59,092 nucleotides of DNA, taken from assembly GCA_007571325.1 (NCBI GenBank), contig RKRQ01000072.1, positions 1 to 59,092 of the forward strand. Direction: 5' to 3'. This DNA comes from Candidatus Dadabacteria bacterium (GTDB lineage Bacteria; Desulfobacterota_D; UBA1144; Nemesobacterales; Nemesobacteraceae). Both the position numbers and the translations under genes were made by a program. The notes below the pieces were generated by a model. It saw nothing but the letters and a program-made list of their open reading frames with translations. It was not told the DNA's origin and searched no databases. Position 1 is the stretch's first letter. Every line of letters begins with the position of its first letter. Shown here piece after piece: positions 47,477-57,448 of this stretch.

Positions 47477-48154
47477 CTAGGGGGAGATTCCGATGAAACT
47501 GATCATCCTGTCCGCATTGTATCCATCCCTTCTATACGAAGGAAAACCTTGGCAGTAAGTGCACACGTTCATTGTCTCAATTTCCGAAACACCCGCATCA
47601 AAAAGCTCGATTCTGTTAAGTTCCACTAGATCAAGAAAGAACTTCCCATCGCCTTTTTCGCAAAGCCAGTGCGTAGAAACATCAGAGCTTGAGACAAATT
47701 GCGATGCCACATCATCTCGAACTTCATAGCAACATTTCCCTATAGACGGACCTATAGAGGCCACGGCGTCCTGCGGTCTCAAAGAATATTTCTTCCAAAC
47801 GGCTTCAAGGCAACTTCTGACCGCATGCAATGAGGTTCCTCGCCATCCTGCGTGCACAGCACAAATGCAACCAAAATTAGGGAAATACAAAAGAATTGGA
47901 ACGCAGTCGGCCGTTATAACCCCGATACCAACTCCTTTTTTGCACGTAACGACCGAGTCAGCTTTGGCAAATTCCTCGACTGCACGGTGTTCGGCGAAAA
48001 AAACGGAATTCCCATGAACCTGGTCCACGGTAAGAATATCTTCAAGTCCATGGTCAGAAGCGATTTTCAGAAGGTCTGGTCCTCCTGGGTCATGAACGAA
48101 ACCGTGAATCACGCCGGCATATTCCTCAAGAAGAGTAGAACGAAGAATTCTCAT
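47477..48154 (-). CDS. pgeF: YfiH/PgeF laccase-like purine nucleoside phosphorylase
   Basis: QVHG, TADCVPIL, HAGWRG, IGPSIG.CCYEV, SYRR. Confidence 0.93.
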   Translation of the reverse strand: MRILRSTLLEEYAGVIHGFVHDPGGPDLLKIASDHGLEDILTVDQVHGNSVFFAEHRAVEEFAKADSVVTCKKGVGIGVITADCVPILLYFPNFGCICAVHAGWRGTSLHAVRSCLEAVWKKYSLRPQDAVASIGPSIGKCCYEVRDDVASQFVSSSDVSTHWLCEKGDGKFFLDLVELNRIELFDAGVSEIETMNVCTYCQGFPSYRRDGYNADRMISFIGISP

Positions 48155-49107
48155 CCATCCGTCCTCCTCAAATAATTGATCAGGGAAACCAGCTCTTCTG
48201 GAATTTCTACCGAGAACTCAACTTGCCGCCCAGTCCCTGGATGGATAAATCCAAGTTTTTTAGCATGAAGAGCGTGTCTTTTTATTAACGTTCTACCGGC
48301 TTCGGAGCCTAGCGGGTGGCTTTTTTTTCCTCCGTAAACTTTATCGCCGAAAATAGGAAACCCGTTTTCAGAGAAATGAACCCTTATCTGGTGAGTTCTC
48401 CCAGTCTTTGGCCAAACGCTCACAAGCGTCGCGCCGCATAGTCTCTCAACAACTTCCCAATAGGTCTCTGCATACCTTGCGGTCCTGGAAAAAGAGCTCA
48501 TCTTTACCCTGTTTGAGGGACTTCTTCCTATAGGGGAACTGAAAATTCCAGAATTTTTTTTAATCTCCCCAGAAATAATGGCTACATATTCCTTTTTTAT
48601 TTCCCTGCTCTTGAATTGATTGGAAAGACTCCTGTGCGCTTGGTCGTTTTTGGCAACGACCATAATCCCCGAGGTCTCCTTATCAAGGCGGTGCACTATC
48701 CCGGGACGCAGCTTGCTTCCTATTCCCGAAATATTTTCACACATATAAACAAGAGCGTTTACGAGAGTTCCATGTTTTCTCCCCGCTCCGGGATGAACTA
48801 CCATGCCGGCAGGTTTGTTTATGACGATTATATCCCGGTCTTCGTAAACAACTTCAATTTCAATTTTCTCTCCAAGAATACCGGAAGGCTCAGGAGGTGG
48901 AATGTTCACACTCAGGCTCTCTCCACCATTTATTATTTTAGAGGGTTTAAACGTTTTGCGGTCAATAAGTATGTTTCCAAGCTCTATATGCCTTTTTATG
49001 CTTGAGCGGCTAATCCCGGTTAAAAAACCCGAGAGAAACACATCCGCCCTTCGTCCCGCAAATTGTCTGGGGATTTCAGTTACGGTTTTTCCTTCCGGAA
49101 TTCGCAT
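48151..49107 (-). CDS. rluD: RluA/RluD-family 23S rRNA pseudouridine synthase
   Basis: N-terminal S4, NKPAGMVVHP, VHRLDKETSG, TGRTHQIRVH. Confidence 0.9.
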   Translation of the reverse strand: MRIPEGKTVTEIPRQFAGRRADVFLSGFLTGISRSSIKRHIELGNILIDRKTFKPSKIINGGESLSVNIPPPEPSGILGEKIEIEVVYEDRDIIVINKPAGMVVHPGAGRKHGTLVNALVYMCENISGIGSKLRPGIVHRLDKETSGIMVVAKNDQAHRSLSNQFKSREIKKEYVAIISGEIKKNSGIFSSPIGRSPSNRVKMSSFSRTARYAETYWEVVERLCGATLVSVWPKTGRTHQIRVHFSENGFPIFGDKVYGGKKSHPLGSEAGRTLIKRHALHAKKLGFIHPGTGRQVEFSVEIPEELVSLINYLRRTDG

Positions 49108-49116
49108 GGGTCTTTT

Positions 49117-49893
49117 TCAGTTCCTCTCATTGATGATGACAATCTCTGGTGGAATTTCACCAAAAACATCAAGCGCTCGACCCTGGTTAACCGATATTTC
49201 AATATATCCATAGCTTCCTCGGACAGCAAGAATCTCTCCTGGTTTCACCGAAGAATATGATTCTGAAATTCCTGCAATATATTTCCCACCGATTTTCACC
49301 ACGGCTTGATCACCAACGGACTCCGTCGGTATGCTGGTTACAAAATTCCCGAACTTATCGGTGTAGACAATAGTTCCACAGATCTCGCTTCCGTTTATTG
49401 AGAATTCTTCCCGGGGAAAAATTTCAGGTCTTTTTATTTCCGGTCCAATTCCCGAGAAAGAAACCCCCAGCGAGAGATGCGCCGCGACCGGGGAAAATAT
49501 ATCCCTTCCATGAAAAGTGGAACTTGCGTTTTCAAGCAAATAGTCGCGGTTTTTTATTTCACGCGCACAAAAACCATTGCAGGAATGAATGACCGAGCTG
49601 AAAACCCCGTTATCGGGTCCTACGAAAAAATGACCGTTGGCGAAAATGGCCAACGGTCTTCGCTCACTTCCTACTCCAGGGTCAACCACGACCAAGTGTA
49701 CAGTTTTTTTCGGAAAATACCGATATGAACTGCCAATGACAAAAGATGCAGCGCGGACATCATGAGATTCAATGCAATGGGTTATATCAATCGGACATAC
49801 GTTTTCATTTATGCAAAGCATTACGCCTTTCATTACTCCCACGTAACAGTCTCTTAAGCCAAAATCGGTTGTGAGTGTTATAATGTTTTCCAT
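49117..49893 (-). CDS. SAM hydroxide adenosyltransferase (DUF62)
   Basis: TLTTDFG, VVDPGVGSERR, GPDNG, STFHGRDIF, DKFGN. Confidence 0.9.
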   Translation of the reverse strand: MENIITLTTDFGLRDCYVGVMKGVMLCINENVCPIDITHCIESHDVRAASFVIGSSYRYFPKKTVHLVVVDPGVGSERRPLAIFANGHFFVGPDNGVFSSVIHSCNGFCAREIKNRDYLLENASSTFHGRDIFSPVAAHLSLGVSFSGIGPEIKRPEIFPREEFSINGSEICGTIVYTDKFGNFVTSIPTESVGDQAVVKIGGKYIAGISESYSSVKPGEILAVRGSYGYIEISVNQGRALDVFGEIPPEIVIINERN

Positions 49894-49917
49894 TTAGATC
49901 ATTCCACAAGTAAAATT

Positions 49918-50706
49918 ATGGAGCGGGGAGAAATTATATCAAGTCAGGTGGTAAAACTTACTGTTTTGGGCTCGGGTACTTGCGTTCCTACAAAAAAAAG
50001 AGGTTCTTCTGGATATCTTCTGAGCACAGATACCAGTTCGGTCCTTTTTGACTGCGGCAACGGCACGGTATGGAAACTTGAGAAAATAGGAGTCGATTAT
50101 CTAAAGATTGACAATGTTTTCATAACTCATTTTCACCCCGATCACACTTCCGATCTAATTCCCCTTCTTTTCGCCACAAGGCATCCCTACGGGAAAAAAA
50201 GAGAGAAACCGCTTGGGATATGGGGACCAGAAGGGTTCTTTGAATTTATCGAAAAACTTAGAGAACCGTACGGCGAGTGGTTAAGGCCAGAGCTTGTGGA
50301 AATTCATGAAACGGGAAAAAAGAAACAAAACATTGGTGGTCTTGAGATAAAGACCTTCAAAACCCTTCATACAGAAAACAGCATCGGATACATGATATAT
50401 GTTTCGGGAAAGAAAATTGTCTATACGGGAGACACAGGGTATTTCCCCGGACTTCGGAAATTGGCCAAGCGAGCAGACATATTCGTTACGGAATGTGCGC
50501 TCCCGGATTCAGAAAAAATGACCGTTCACATGACTCCATCCGACATAGCGAATATAACTAAAAGAAATAACCCTTCAAAAATCGTTCTCTCGCATCTTTA
50601 TCCTTCAATGGACGGAAAAGATCTGCCGGAAGAGATAAAAACTATTTCGGGGAACGGCGAAACGGAAATAATAGTGGCTGAAGATCTAATGGAAATTGTA
50701 GTATAA
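49918..50706 (+). CDS. metallo-beta-lactamase fold hydrolase (RNase Z-like)
   Basis: LGSG, FDCG, HFHPDH, YTGDT, H..P, LSHLY. Confidence 0.88.
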   Translation: MERGEIISSQVVKLTVLGSGTCVPTKKRGSSGYLLSTDTSSVLFDCGNGTVWKLEKIGVDYLKIDNVFITHFHPDHTSDLIPLLFATRHPYGKKREKPLGIWGPEGFFEFIEKLREPYGEWLRPELVEIHETGKKKQNIGGLEIKTFKTLHTENSIGYMIYVSGKKIVYTGDTGYFPGLRKLAKRADIFVTECALPDSEKMTVHMTPSDIANITKRNNPSKIVLSHLYPSMDGKDLPEEIKTISGNGETEIIVAEDLMEIVV

Positions 50707-50760
50707 ACAGCAGAGAGATCGAAAAAATCCCGTCTTCCTTTACCGAACACAGTTAAGTTA

Positions 50761-51501
50761 TCAACCCCTGAGCGCCAAAGCCGCATTGGCTTCCCTGATT
50801 ATGTCGTCTGCAATCTCAAGACTGTTTTCCGCTTTGGTAACCGGGCGCCCCACAACCAGATAATCGGCTCCATATTCAATAGCCATAGTTGGAGTCAGTG
50901 CCCTTTTATGGTCGTTTCTGCTTTTTCCCTCGGGTCGTATCCCGGGGGCAACTATAACGACACGGGTTCCAAACTTCTGTCTGATTTTTCGTATTGAATC
51001 CCCAGAAGCCACGACCCCGTCACAACCAGCCTCAATTGACCTCCGCGTAAAAACCCTTATGTACTCATCAAGTTCTAGATCCTCATTCATCATAAGAGCT
51101 CTTAGATCATTCTGGTCAAGACTTGAAAGAAAAGTAAGGGAAAGAACAAGTGGCCGGTTTCTTTTGCCACGCCCCTGCTTTGCAGCGGCTACTGTAGCTT
51201 TTCCGCCATTTATGGTAACAAATTCAACCCCTTCGGGCACCGCCCGAAGAGCAGCTGCAATCGTCCGGTCTATATCCCCCATCTTAAGATCAAGAAAAAC
51301 CTTTTTCCCAAGTCCCACAAGTTCTTTTACAAAACTCATCCCTTCTCGCATAAAGAGCTGATATCCGACCTTGTAAATGCCTATTCTTTCTCCGAGAAGT
51401 TCCACCAGCGCAAGAGCTTGCTCTCTTGAGTCAAAATCAAGCGCTATTATGATTCTTTCACAACTCTGCACAACACTTTTTCCATCGTTTTCTTGCGCCA
51501 C
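50761..51501 (-). CDS. pyrF: orotidine 5'-phosphate decarboxylase
   Basis: IIALD, YKVG, FLDLKMGDI, APGIRP, VVGRP. Confidence 0.93.
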   Translation of the reverse strand: MAQENDGKSVVQSCERIIIALDFDSREQALALVELLGERIGIYKVGYQLFMREGMSFVKELVGLGKKVFLDLKMGDIDRTIAAALRAVPEGVEFVTINGGKATVAAAKQGRGKRNRPLVLSLTFLSSLDQNDLRALMMNEDLELDEYIRVFTRRSIEAGCDGVVASGDSIRKIRQKFGTRVVIVAPGIRPEGKSRNDHKRALTPTMAIEYGADYLVVGRPVTKAENSLEIADDIIREANAALALRG

Positions 51502-51741
51502 AGATTAAAAACTCCTTTTATCTTTTTTTCCGCCGCCTGTTCCTGCAATAGCTAAAAACACGTAAATATACCCGGCAACTTCATCAGCACACTCAGAAAC
51601 ATAATCTGATGCAACTATCCCCATATATAGATATTCAATATACAAGAATATAAGACCTACCTGACCAGTAGTAAACTCCGAACCACGCATGAGGCCGTTT
51701 TGCTTGACCTGCGTATCCATAGCGTTATCATCTACGGTTAT

Positions 51742-52683
51742 ATGCGAGTGGTAGTTGCCAAACCCAGAGGATTCTGCGCCGGAGTGGAAAGGGCGATTGA
51801 AATTGTTGAAAGAGCTCTAGAGATGTACGGCCCCCCCATTTACGTCCGCCACGCCATAGTACACAACAAAAGGGTTGTTGATTCTTTAAGGCAGAAAGGC
51901 GCAGTTTTTGTCGAGCAACTGGATGAAATAAAAGATCCGGCATCGCGAGTCATTTTCAGTGCTCATGGGGTAAGTCCCTCTGTCCTCGAAGAAGCCAAGC
52001 GGCGGGGTTTCCAGATAGTTGATGCTGTGTGTCCACTCGTTACCAAAGTTCACAGTGAAGTAAGACATTACTCCGAGATGGGGTATACGATAATACTCGT
52101 AGGCCACAGAGATCATGTTGAAGTGATAGGAACACAAGGTGAGGCACCCGAAAGCGTAGTGGTGGTAGAATCGGTAAGCGAAGCCCTTGCGGTTTATGTT
52201 TCGGACCCAGAAAAAGTAGCCTATGTAACGCAGACTACTCTCAGCGTTGATGATACCAAGGAAATAGTAACCACGCTTGAAAAACGCTTTCCAAAAATCG
52301 AAAAACCTTCTAAACTCGATATCTGTTACGCAACCCAAAACCGCCAGGATGCCGTAAAGGAACTAGCTGAGATCTCAGATGTCATATTCATCGTTGGGTC
52401 GCCCGAAAGCTCAAATTCAAACAGGCTGGTTGAAGTTGCAAAATCCTGCGGTATAAAAAAAGCCTACCTTATTGAGGATACAGAAGGGCTGGGACGTATA
52501 GGAACACTTGATCAGAATATAACCGTAGGCATAAGTTCTGGGGCATCGACGCCAGAAGTGATAATTAAAGAGCTGCTTTCGAAGCTAAAAGATCTGGGAG
52601 CCACTAACTTTGAAGAACTCAACTTAAAAGAAGAATCCACCAAGTTTCCCTTCCCCCACTCACTTGAGTTTTCAACCGGATGA
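51742..52683 (+). CDS. ispH: 4-hydroxy-3-methylbut-2-enyl diphosphate reductase
   Basis: PRGFCAGV, IVHN, FSAHG, DAVCPLV, H.EV, ICYATQNRQ, SSNS. Confidence 0.98.
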   Translation: MRVVVAKPRGFCAGVERAIEIVERALEMYGPPIYVRHAIVHNKRVVDSLRQKGAVFVEQLDEIKDPASRVIFSAHGVSPSVLEEAKRRGFQIVDAVCPLVTKVHSEVRHYSEMGYTIILVGHRDHVEVIGTQGEAPESVVVVESVSEALAVYVSDPEKVAYVTQTTLSVDDTKEIVTTLEKRFPKIEKPSKLDICYATQNRQDAVKELAEISDVIFIVGSPESSNSNRLVEVAKSCGIKKAYLIEDTEGLGRIGTLDQNITVGISSGASTPEVIIKELLSKLKDLGATNFEELNLKEESTKFPFPHSLEFSTG

Positions 52684-52991
52684 GCACACTTAAAATGCAG
52701 GAGAGGATATTAAGGTACGTAGCCGATATAGAAATCCCTGAAGGGATAGTGTCGATAGACTGCGAAGTAAGAAGTGGCGGGAAAACGGAAATCCTCTTTA
52801 TTCTTAACAACTCAACATATAAAGAGGGTAAGATCACAGGCACGGGAGGCTTTCGTAGCCACCTTGAGAACCACGGAGAAATGCTAGTTAAAACCGAAGC
52901 AGACGACACCGAAACCTTTATAAGAAAAACTCTCTTCGCCGCATACGGACCACTCGCGGATATAACACTTACAGATACAGATACCGACTAG
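52680..52991 (+). CDS. hypothetical protein (103 aa)
   Basis: ATGA overlap with the ispH stop; ends in TDTDTD. Confidence 0.55.
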   Translation: MSTLKMQERILRYVADIEIPEGIVSIDCEVRSGGKTEILFILNNSTYKEGKITGTGGFRSHLENHGEMLVKTEADDTETFIRKTLFAAYGPLADITLTDTDTD

Positions 52992-53010
52992 AGGATTCAG
53001 AGCCAAAACG

Positions 53011-53781
53011 CTAGTTAGCTATCCAACCACCATCAACGGAAAGTTCCGCCCCTGTCATATAAGCCACGTTTTCACTGTCGCATAGGAAAAGCACCGCGTG
53101 CGCTATTTCCTCGGGGGTAGCATAACGCCCCAAGTGCCCAGTTATCGGTTGAAGTCCCTTCAGGTATGCATCAAGCTCCGGTGGTGAATTTTCAAGAAAC
53201 GCCTCAACCATCGGAGTCACAGTAGTACCGGGACATATGGAATTTACCCTGATCCCGTTCGCTCCGTACTCAAGAGCCATGCTTCTTGTAAGCTGAGACA
53301 CCGCTCCTTTAGTGGAATTGTATGCTGCGGCACCTGGTATAGCCTTAATTCCCAGTATCGAGGAATTGTTGACTATGGTACCTCCTCCCTGTTCGATCAT
53401 ATGAGGAATGGAGAACTTGGACATCAAGAAAGTACCTCTTACGTTAATAGCAAATACCTTATCCCAGTCCTCAATAGAGGTTTCGTGAGTACTACCAAGA
53501 GGAAGCACCCCGGCATTATTAAACAGTATGTCGATTTTTCCGAAAAGCTCTATGGCCCGCTCGACAGTTCCCTTGCAATCTTGCTCTTTAGATACGTCAC
53601 TCAAAAAATACTCTATCCTGCCAGAAGTATCCTTGCCTTCTTCCACAGCTTCCACAAGAGTGCTTTCTGTTCTGCCGGTTATAAGAACATCTGCACCTTC
53701 GTTCGCAAAAAGAAGCGCCGTAACTTTGCCTATTCCCAGGCTACCACCTGTTATTATTGCGGATTTGCCTTTAAGTTTCAT
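53011..53781 (-). CDS. classical SDR oxidoreductase (FabG-like)
   Basis: TGGSLGIG, NNAG, NSS, YNSTK; AGGAGG RBS before ATG53781. Confidence 0.92.
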   Translation of the reverse strand: MKLKGKSAIITGGSLGIGKVTALLFANEGADVLITGRTESTLVEAVEEGKDTSGRIEYFLSDVSKEQDCKGTVERAIELFGKIDILFNNAGVLPLGSTHETSIEDWDKVFAINVRGTFLMSKFSIPHMIEQGGGTIVNNSSILGIKAIPGAAAYNSTKGAVSQLTRSMALEYGANGIRVNSICPGTTVTPMVEAFLENSPPELDAYLKGLQPITGHLGRYATPEEIAHAVLFLCDSENVAYMTGAELSVDGGWIAN

Positions 53782-53954
53782 TGTATACCTCCTTGGCACG
53801 TATTGTATTGATGCGGGTTGAAACAACCACCCACAATATGAGAGCTAGTTTAAACATTGAGTGCAGTTGCGTCAATTCCCACACGACTTTTTTTCACCGT
53901 CCGTGATACAAAAAGTACCAGAAAAAAACAGGCTATACTCAAAAGAGGAGAAAC

Positions 53955-54030
53955 TGGTAGCCCCAACGGGATTCGAACCCGTGTTTCAGCCTTGAGAGGG
54001 CTGCGTCCTAAACCCCTAGACGATGGGGCC
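53955..54030 (-). tRNA. tRNA-Glu(CTC)
   Basis: GGCCCCA acceptor, CAGCC-CT-CTC-AA-GGCTG, GGTTCGAATCC, encoded CCA. Confidence 0.97.
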
Positions 54031-54209
54031 AAACTCACAGTACGGGGTCATCAAATTATCATAAAAGAGGCGCGATTTCAAAAAAGGCACTCTGGAAATA
54101 CAAAATATCTGATACTGTTTCATTTGGTTTTTAGCCAAGAATATACTGTATAATTACCCTGTTATAAGAGACGACCTTACCAGAATTTCTGATCAGAACA
54201 AAAATTAAT

Positions 54210-54995
54210 ATGCAAATGAGCGTGACCAAGTTGACTATTGCGACCGGGAAAACAATTTTTTCAAAAAACACTTACGATACGGTGCTCTTTGATCTTGACG
54301 GAGTAATTACCTCGACGGAAAAAATCCACTGCGCTTGCTGGAAAAAGACATTTGATGAATTTCTCGCCGCCCGCACAAGAGAGCATGCTGAGAACTTCGT
54401 GCCCTTCAGTGAAACAAAAGACTACCTTCAGCATTTAGACGGCAAACCCCGCTATGAGGGGGTGCGCAGCTTTCTGCTCTCTCGCGGAATAGAACTTCCC
54501 GAAGGAACCAGAAACTCTAAACCGGATGAGCGGTCTATTTTCGGACTGGGCAACAGGAAAAACCAGTTATTTACAAAAATCCTTAAAAAAAAGCCTCCGG
54601 AAGTCTACAAAACATCCATTGCGCTTGCGCATCATCTTAAGGAAATCGGGTTTCGCTTGGCTGTCGTATCTTCAAGCAGAAACTGTCGAGCGGTGATGGC
54701 AGCCGCTGGAATAGAAGACCTTTTCGAAATCACGGTTGACGGGGTGATAGCAGCTGAAAAAAATCTTCGAGGAAAACCCGAACCTGATACGTTTATTGAG
54801 GCCTGTTTGACACTCGGAAGCGAACCCGCAAGAAGCATTATTATTGAAGACGCGGCTGCGGGAATTACAGCTGGGGTACGAGGAGGTTTTGGGCTTGTAA
54901 TTGGCGTCGCCAGAAAACATAACGAAAACGAATTACTTTTAAACGGAGCGAAAATAGTCGTCAGAGACCTTGGAGAATTTGTATTTGGAGAGTAA
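54210..54995 (+). CDS. beta-phosphoglucomutase-family HAD hydrolase
   Basis: FDLDGVIT, DGKPRYEGV, VSSSRN, GKPEPD, EDA..G. Confidence 0.88.
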   Translation: MQMSVTKLTIATGKTIFSKNTYDTVLFDLDGVITSTEKIHCACWKKTFDEFLAARTREHAENFVPFSETKDYLQHLDGKPRYEGVRSFLLSRGIELPEGTRNSKPDERSIFGLGNRKNQLFTKILKKKPPEVYKTSIALAHHLKEIGFRLAVVSSSRNCRAVMAAAGIEDLFEITVDGVIAAEKNLRGKPEPDTFIEACLTLGSEPARSIIIEDAAAGITAGVRGGFGLVIGVARKHNENELLLNGAKIVVRDLGEFVFGE

Positions 54996-55012
54996 TTCCT
55001 AGGAAAATACAA

Positions 55013-57406
55013 ATGATGAAGAGAGAGAGAAAAGGCATATACACAGCACGTCACATATATTCCCCTGATCCGTGGAGAATAACTGAAAAGCAATTTTATC
55101 CTGAACTTATGGGTCTTACGGAAACCATTTTCTGCACATCGAACGGCTACATAGGAATGCGCGGGGCTTTTGAGGAAGGAAAGCCCAGTTATCAGAATTT
55201 CACCATAGTGAATGGCTTCTACGAAACATGGCCCATAATATACGGAGAGGAAGCCTTCGGATTCACGAAGATGGGACAGACCATAGTGAATGTCCCCGAC
55301 TCAAAAATAATAAAGCTCTACGTGGATGACGAACCCTTTTACCTGCCGACCGCAACCCTTCTTCACTTTGAACGGTTCCTTGACATGAAAAACGGCGTGG
55401 TCGAGAGGAATCTGGTATGGGAGATGTTCTCAGGCAAACAGATATCGATAAGATCAAAAAGGCTGGTTTCCATGGAGCATCGACACCTAGCCTCCATATC
55501 TTATGAAGTAACGGTTCTTAACGACAGGGCTCCGGTAATAATATCTTCAGAAATAATCAATCATGAAAACTATGCAAGAGGGGATGAAAAACAGCAGACT
55601 CAAGGTAACGGAGGAGACCCGCGCAGGGCAAGCAGACTTGAACACCAAATTCTTCAACCATGCCTAAATGATGTGCAGGACACAAGTGTAATTCTCTGCC
55701 ACTCAACTTGCAACAGCAAGATGACTATTACCTCCGGGGTCGAGCATACGTTAGAAACAAACTGCGATTTTTCTTATACGAGCAAAACGGAAGATAATCG
55801 TGGAAAAGTAGTTTTTATGGTAGATGCCCGTAAGGGAAAACCCATAACCCTTACCAAATATATGACCTATCACACAACTAGGACCGCTCCACATACAAAC
55901 GAGGAATTGCGGGAGAGAGCAAAAAGAAGTCTCAAAAGAGCTAAGAAATTCGGGTTTTCAGACCTTCTTGAAGGGCAACGCAAGTACCTTGATGAATTCT
56001 GGGAAAGAAGCGACGTAAGAGTAGAGATAAACAGTTATGAACAGACCGTGTCTTTCCAGCAGGCAATAAGATTCAGCCTTTTCCAGATGTACCAGTCTTC
56101 AGTAAGAGTCGAGGGAGCTGGCGTGCCATCAAAAGGACTGACCGGAATTGGTTATGACGGTCATTACTTCTGGGACATGGAAATATACTTGATGCCTTTC
56201 CTTATCTATACTTCGCCTACTATCGCCGAGAATCTTCTAAAGTTTCGCTATAGGATGCTTGATGAAGCGAGGAAATACGCAAGAAGACTTAACCAAAAAG
56301 GGGCAATGTTTCCTTGGAGAACAATAAACGGAGAGGAAGCATCCGCTTACTACGCCGCCGGGACGGCCCAGTACCACATAAACGCCGACATAGTTTATGC
56401 GCTCAAGAAATACGTAAACGTTACAGGAGACCACGGTTTCATCTCCAAGTACGGGGCGGAAATTCTTATTGAAACAGCTAGGCTCTGGAGCGATTTAGGG
56501 TTTTACTCCAATTCTGGAGAAGAAAAATTCGAAATACACGGCGTCACGGGGCCAGATGAATATAACACTGTGGTAAATAACAATACTTATACGAATCTTA
56601 TGGCCCGCCAAAATCTAAAACTCGCCGCTTCCACAGTTGAAGAACTCAAGGAAACCGAGCCTGAAATTTTTAAAAGTCTTTCTCATAAAACCAACTTGCA
56701 CCTCTTAGAAATTAAGAACTGGGAAAAAGCCGCCCGTCATATGTACATACCATATGATAAAAAGCTGGGAATACATCCACAGGACAACTATTTTCTAGAA
56801 AAGAAAAAATGGGATTTTGAGAATGTGCCGGAAGATAAATATCCCATACTTCTTCATTACCACCCGCTGGTCATTTACCGCCATAAGGTAGTAAAGCAAC
56901 CTGACCTCGTTCTCGCTATGTTCCTTCTCGAAAAAGATTTTTCGCAGGAAGAGAAAAAACGGAACTTTGATTACTACGACCCTCTCACGACGGGGGATTC
57001 TTCACTTTCGGCCTGCATACAGGGGATAGTGGCCGCCAAGGTAGGGTACATGGACAAGGCGATGGAATACGCTGAAAATGCGATCTTCATGGATCTTGGA
57101 GACATGGGACAAAACACTGTCGACGGCTGCCATATAGCATCCATGGGAGGGACTTGGATGATGTTTGTATTTGGGTTCGCCGGACTTGCCGACACGGGAG
57201 AAAAACCCGAATTTTCTCCAAATTTACCCAAAGAAATACAGAGACTAAGTTTTTCCCTTACAATTCTAGGGAATATGATAGAGGTGGACCTAGACCACTC
57301 CGAAACCAAGTACACGCTCAAAAAGGGAGATGGGTTGGCTCTTTGCCATGAGGGAATCGATTTTGAACTTTCCTGGGATGACCCAATATTCGTAACGAAA
57401 ACCTAA
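55013..57406 (+). CDS. glycoside hydrolase family 65 (trehalose/maltose/kojibiose phosphorylase-like)
   Basis: NGYIGMRG, KGLTG.GYDGHYFWD, GPDEY catalytic Glu, KQPD, GDSSLS. Confidence 0.92.
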   Translation: MMKRERKGIYTARHIYSPDPWRITEKQFYPELMGLTETIFCTSNGYIGMRGAFEEGKPSYQNFTIVNGFYETWPIIYGEEAFGFTKMGQTIVNVPDSKIIKLYVDDEPFYLPTATLLHFERFLDMKNGVVERNLVWEMFSGKQISIRSKRLVSMEHRHLASISYEVTVLNDRAPVIISSEIINHENYARGDEKQQTQGNGGDPRRASRLEHQILQPCLNDVQDTSVILCHSTCNSKMTITSGVEHTLETNCDFSYTSKTEDNRGKVVFMVDARKGKPITLTKYMTYHTTRTAPHTNEELRERAKRSLKRAKKFGFSDLLEGQRKYLDEFWERSDVRVEINSYEQTVSFQQAIRFSLFQMYQSSVRVEGAGVPSKGLTGIGYDGHYFWDMEIYLMPFLIYTSPTIAENLLKFRYRMLDEARKYARRLNQKGAMFPWRTINGEEASAYYAAGTAQYHINADIVYALKKYVNVTGDHGFISKYGAEILIETARLWSDLGFYSNSGEEKFEIHGVTGPDEYNTVVNNNTYTNLMARQNLKLAASTVEELKETEPEIFKSLSHKTNLHLLEIKNWEKAARHMYIPYDKKLGIHPQDNYFLEKKKWDFENVPEDKYPILLHYHPLVIYRHKVVKQPDLVLAMFLLEKDFSQEEKKRNFDYYDPLTTGDSSLSACIQGIVAAKVGYMDKAMEYAENAIFMDLGDMGQNTVDGCHIASMGGTWMMFVFGFAGLADTGEKPEFSPNLPKEIQRLSFSLTILGNMIEVDLDHSETKYTLKKGDGLALCHEGIDFELSWDDPIFVTKT

Positions 57407-57448
57407 AATATCTCAGCAGTTCAGTTTTAGAAAAACAGTCTGATACAA

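Noticed and set aside
49117-49893. SAM-dependent fluorinase/chlorinase
   Set aside because: Has the DUF62 hydrolase Asp-Arg-His signature (DPGVG..R, TFHGRD) and a housekeeping context (rluD, pgeF)
51505-51720. 71-aa ORF between pyrF and ispH
   Set aside because: No RBS or family signature; occupies the divergent promoter region; probably spurious
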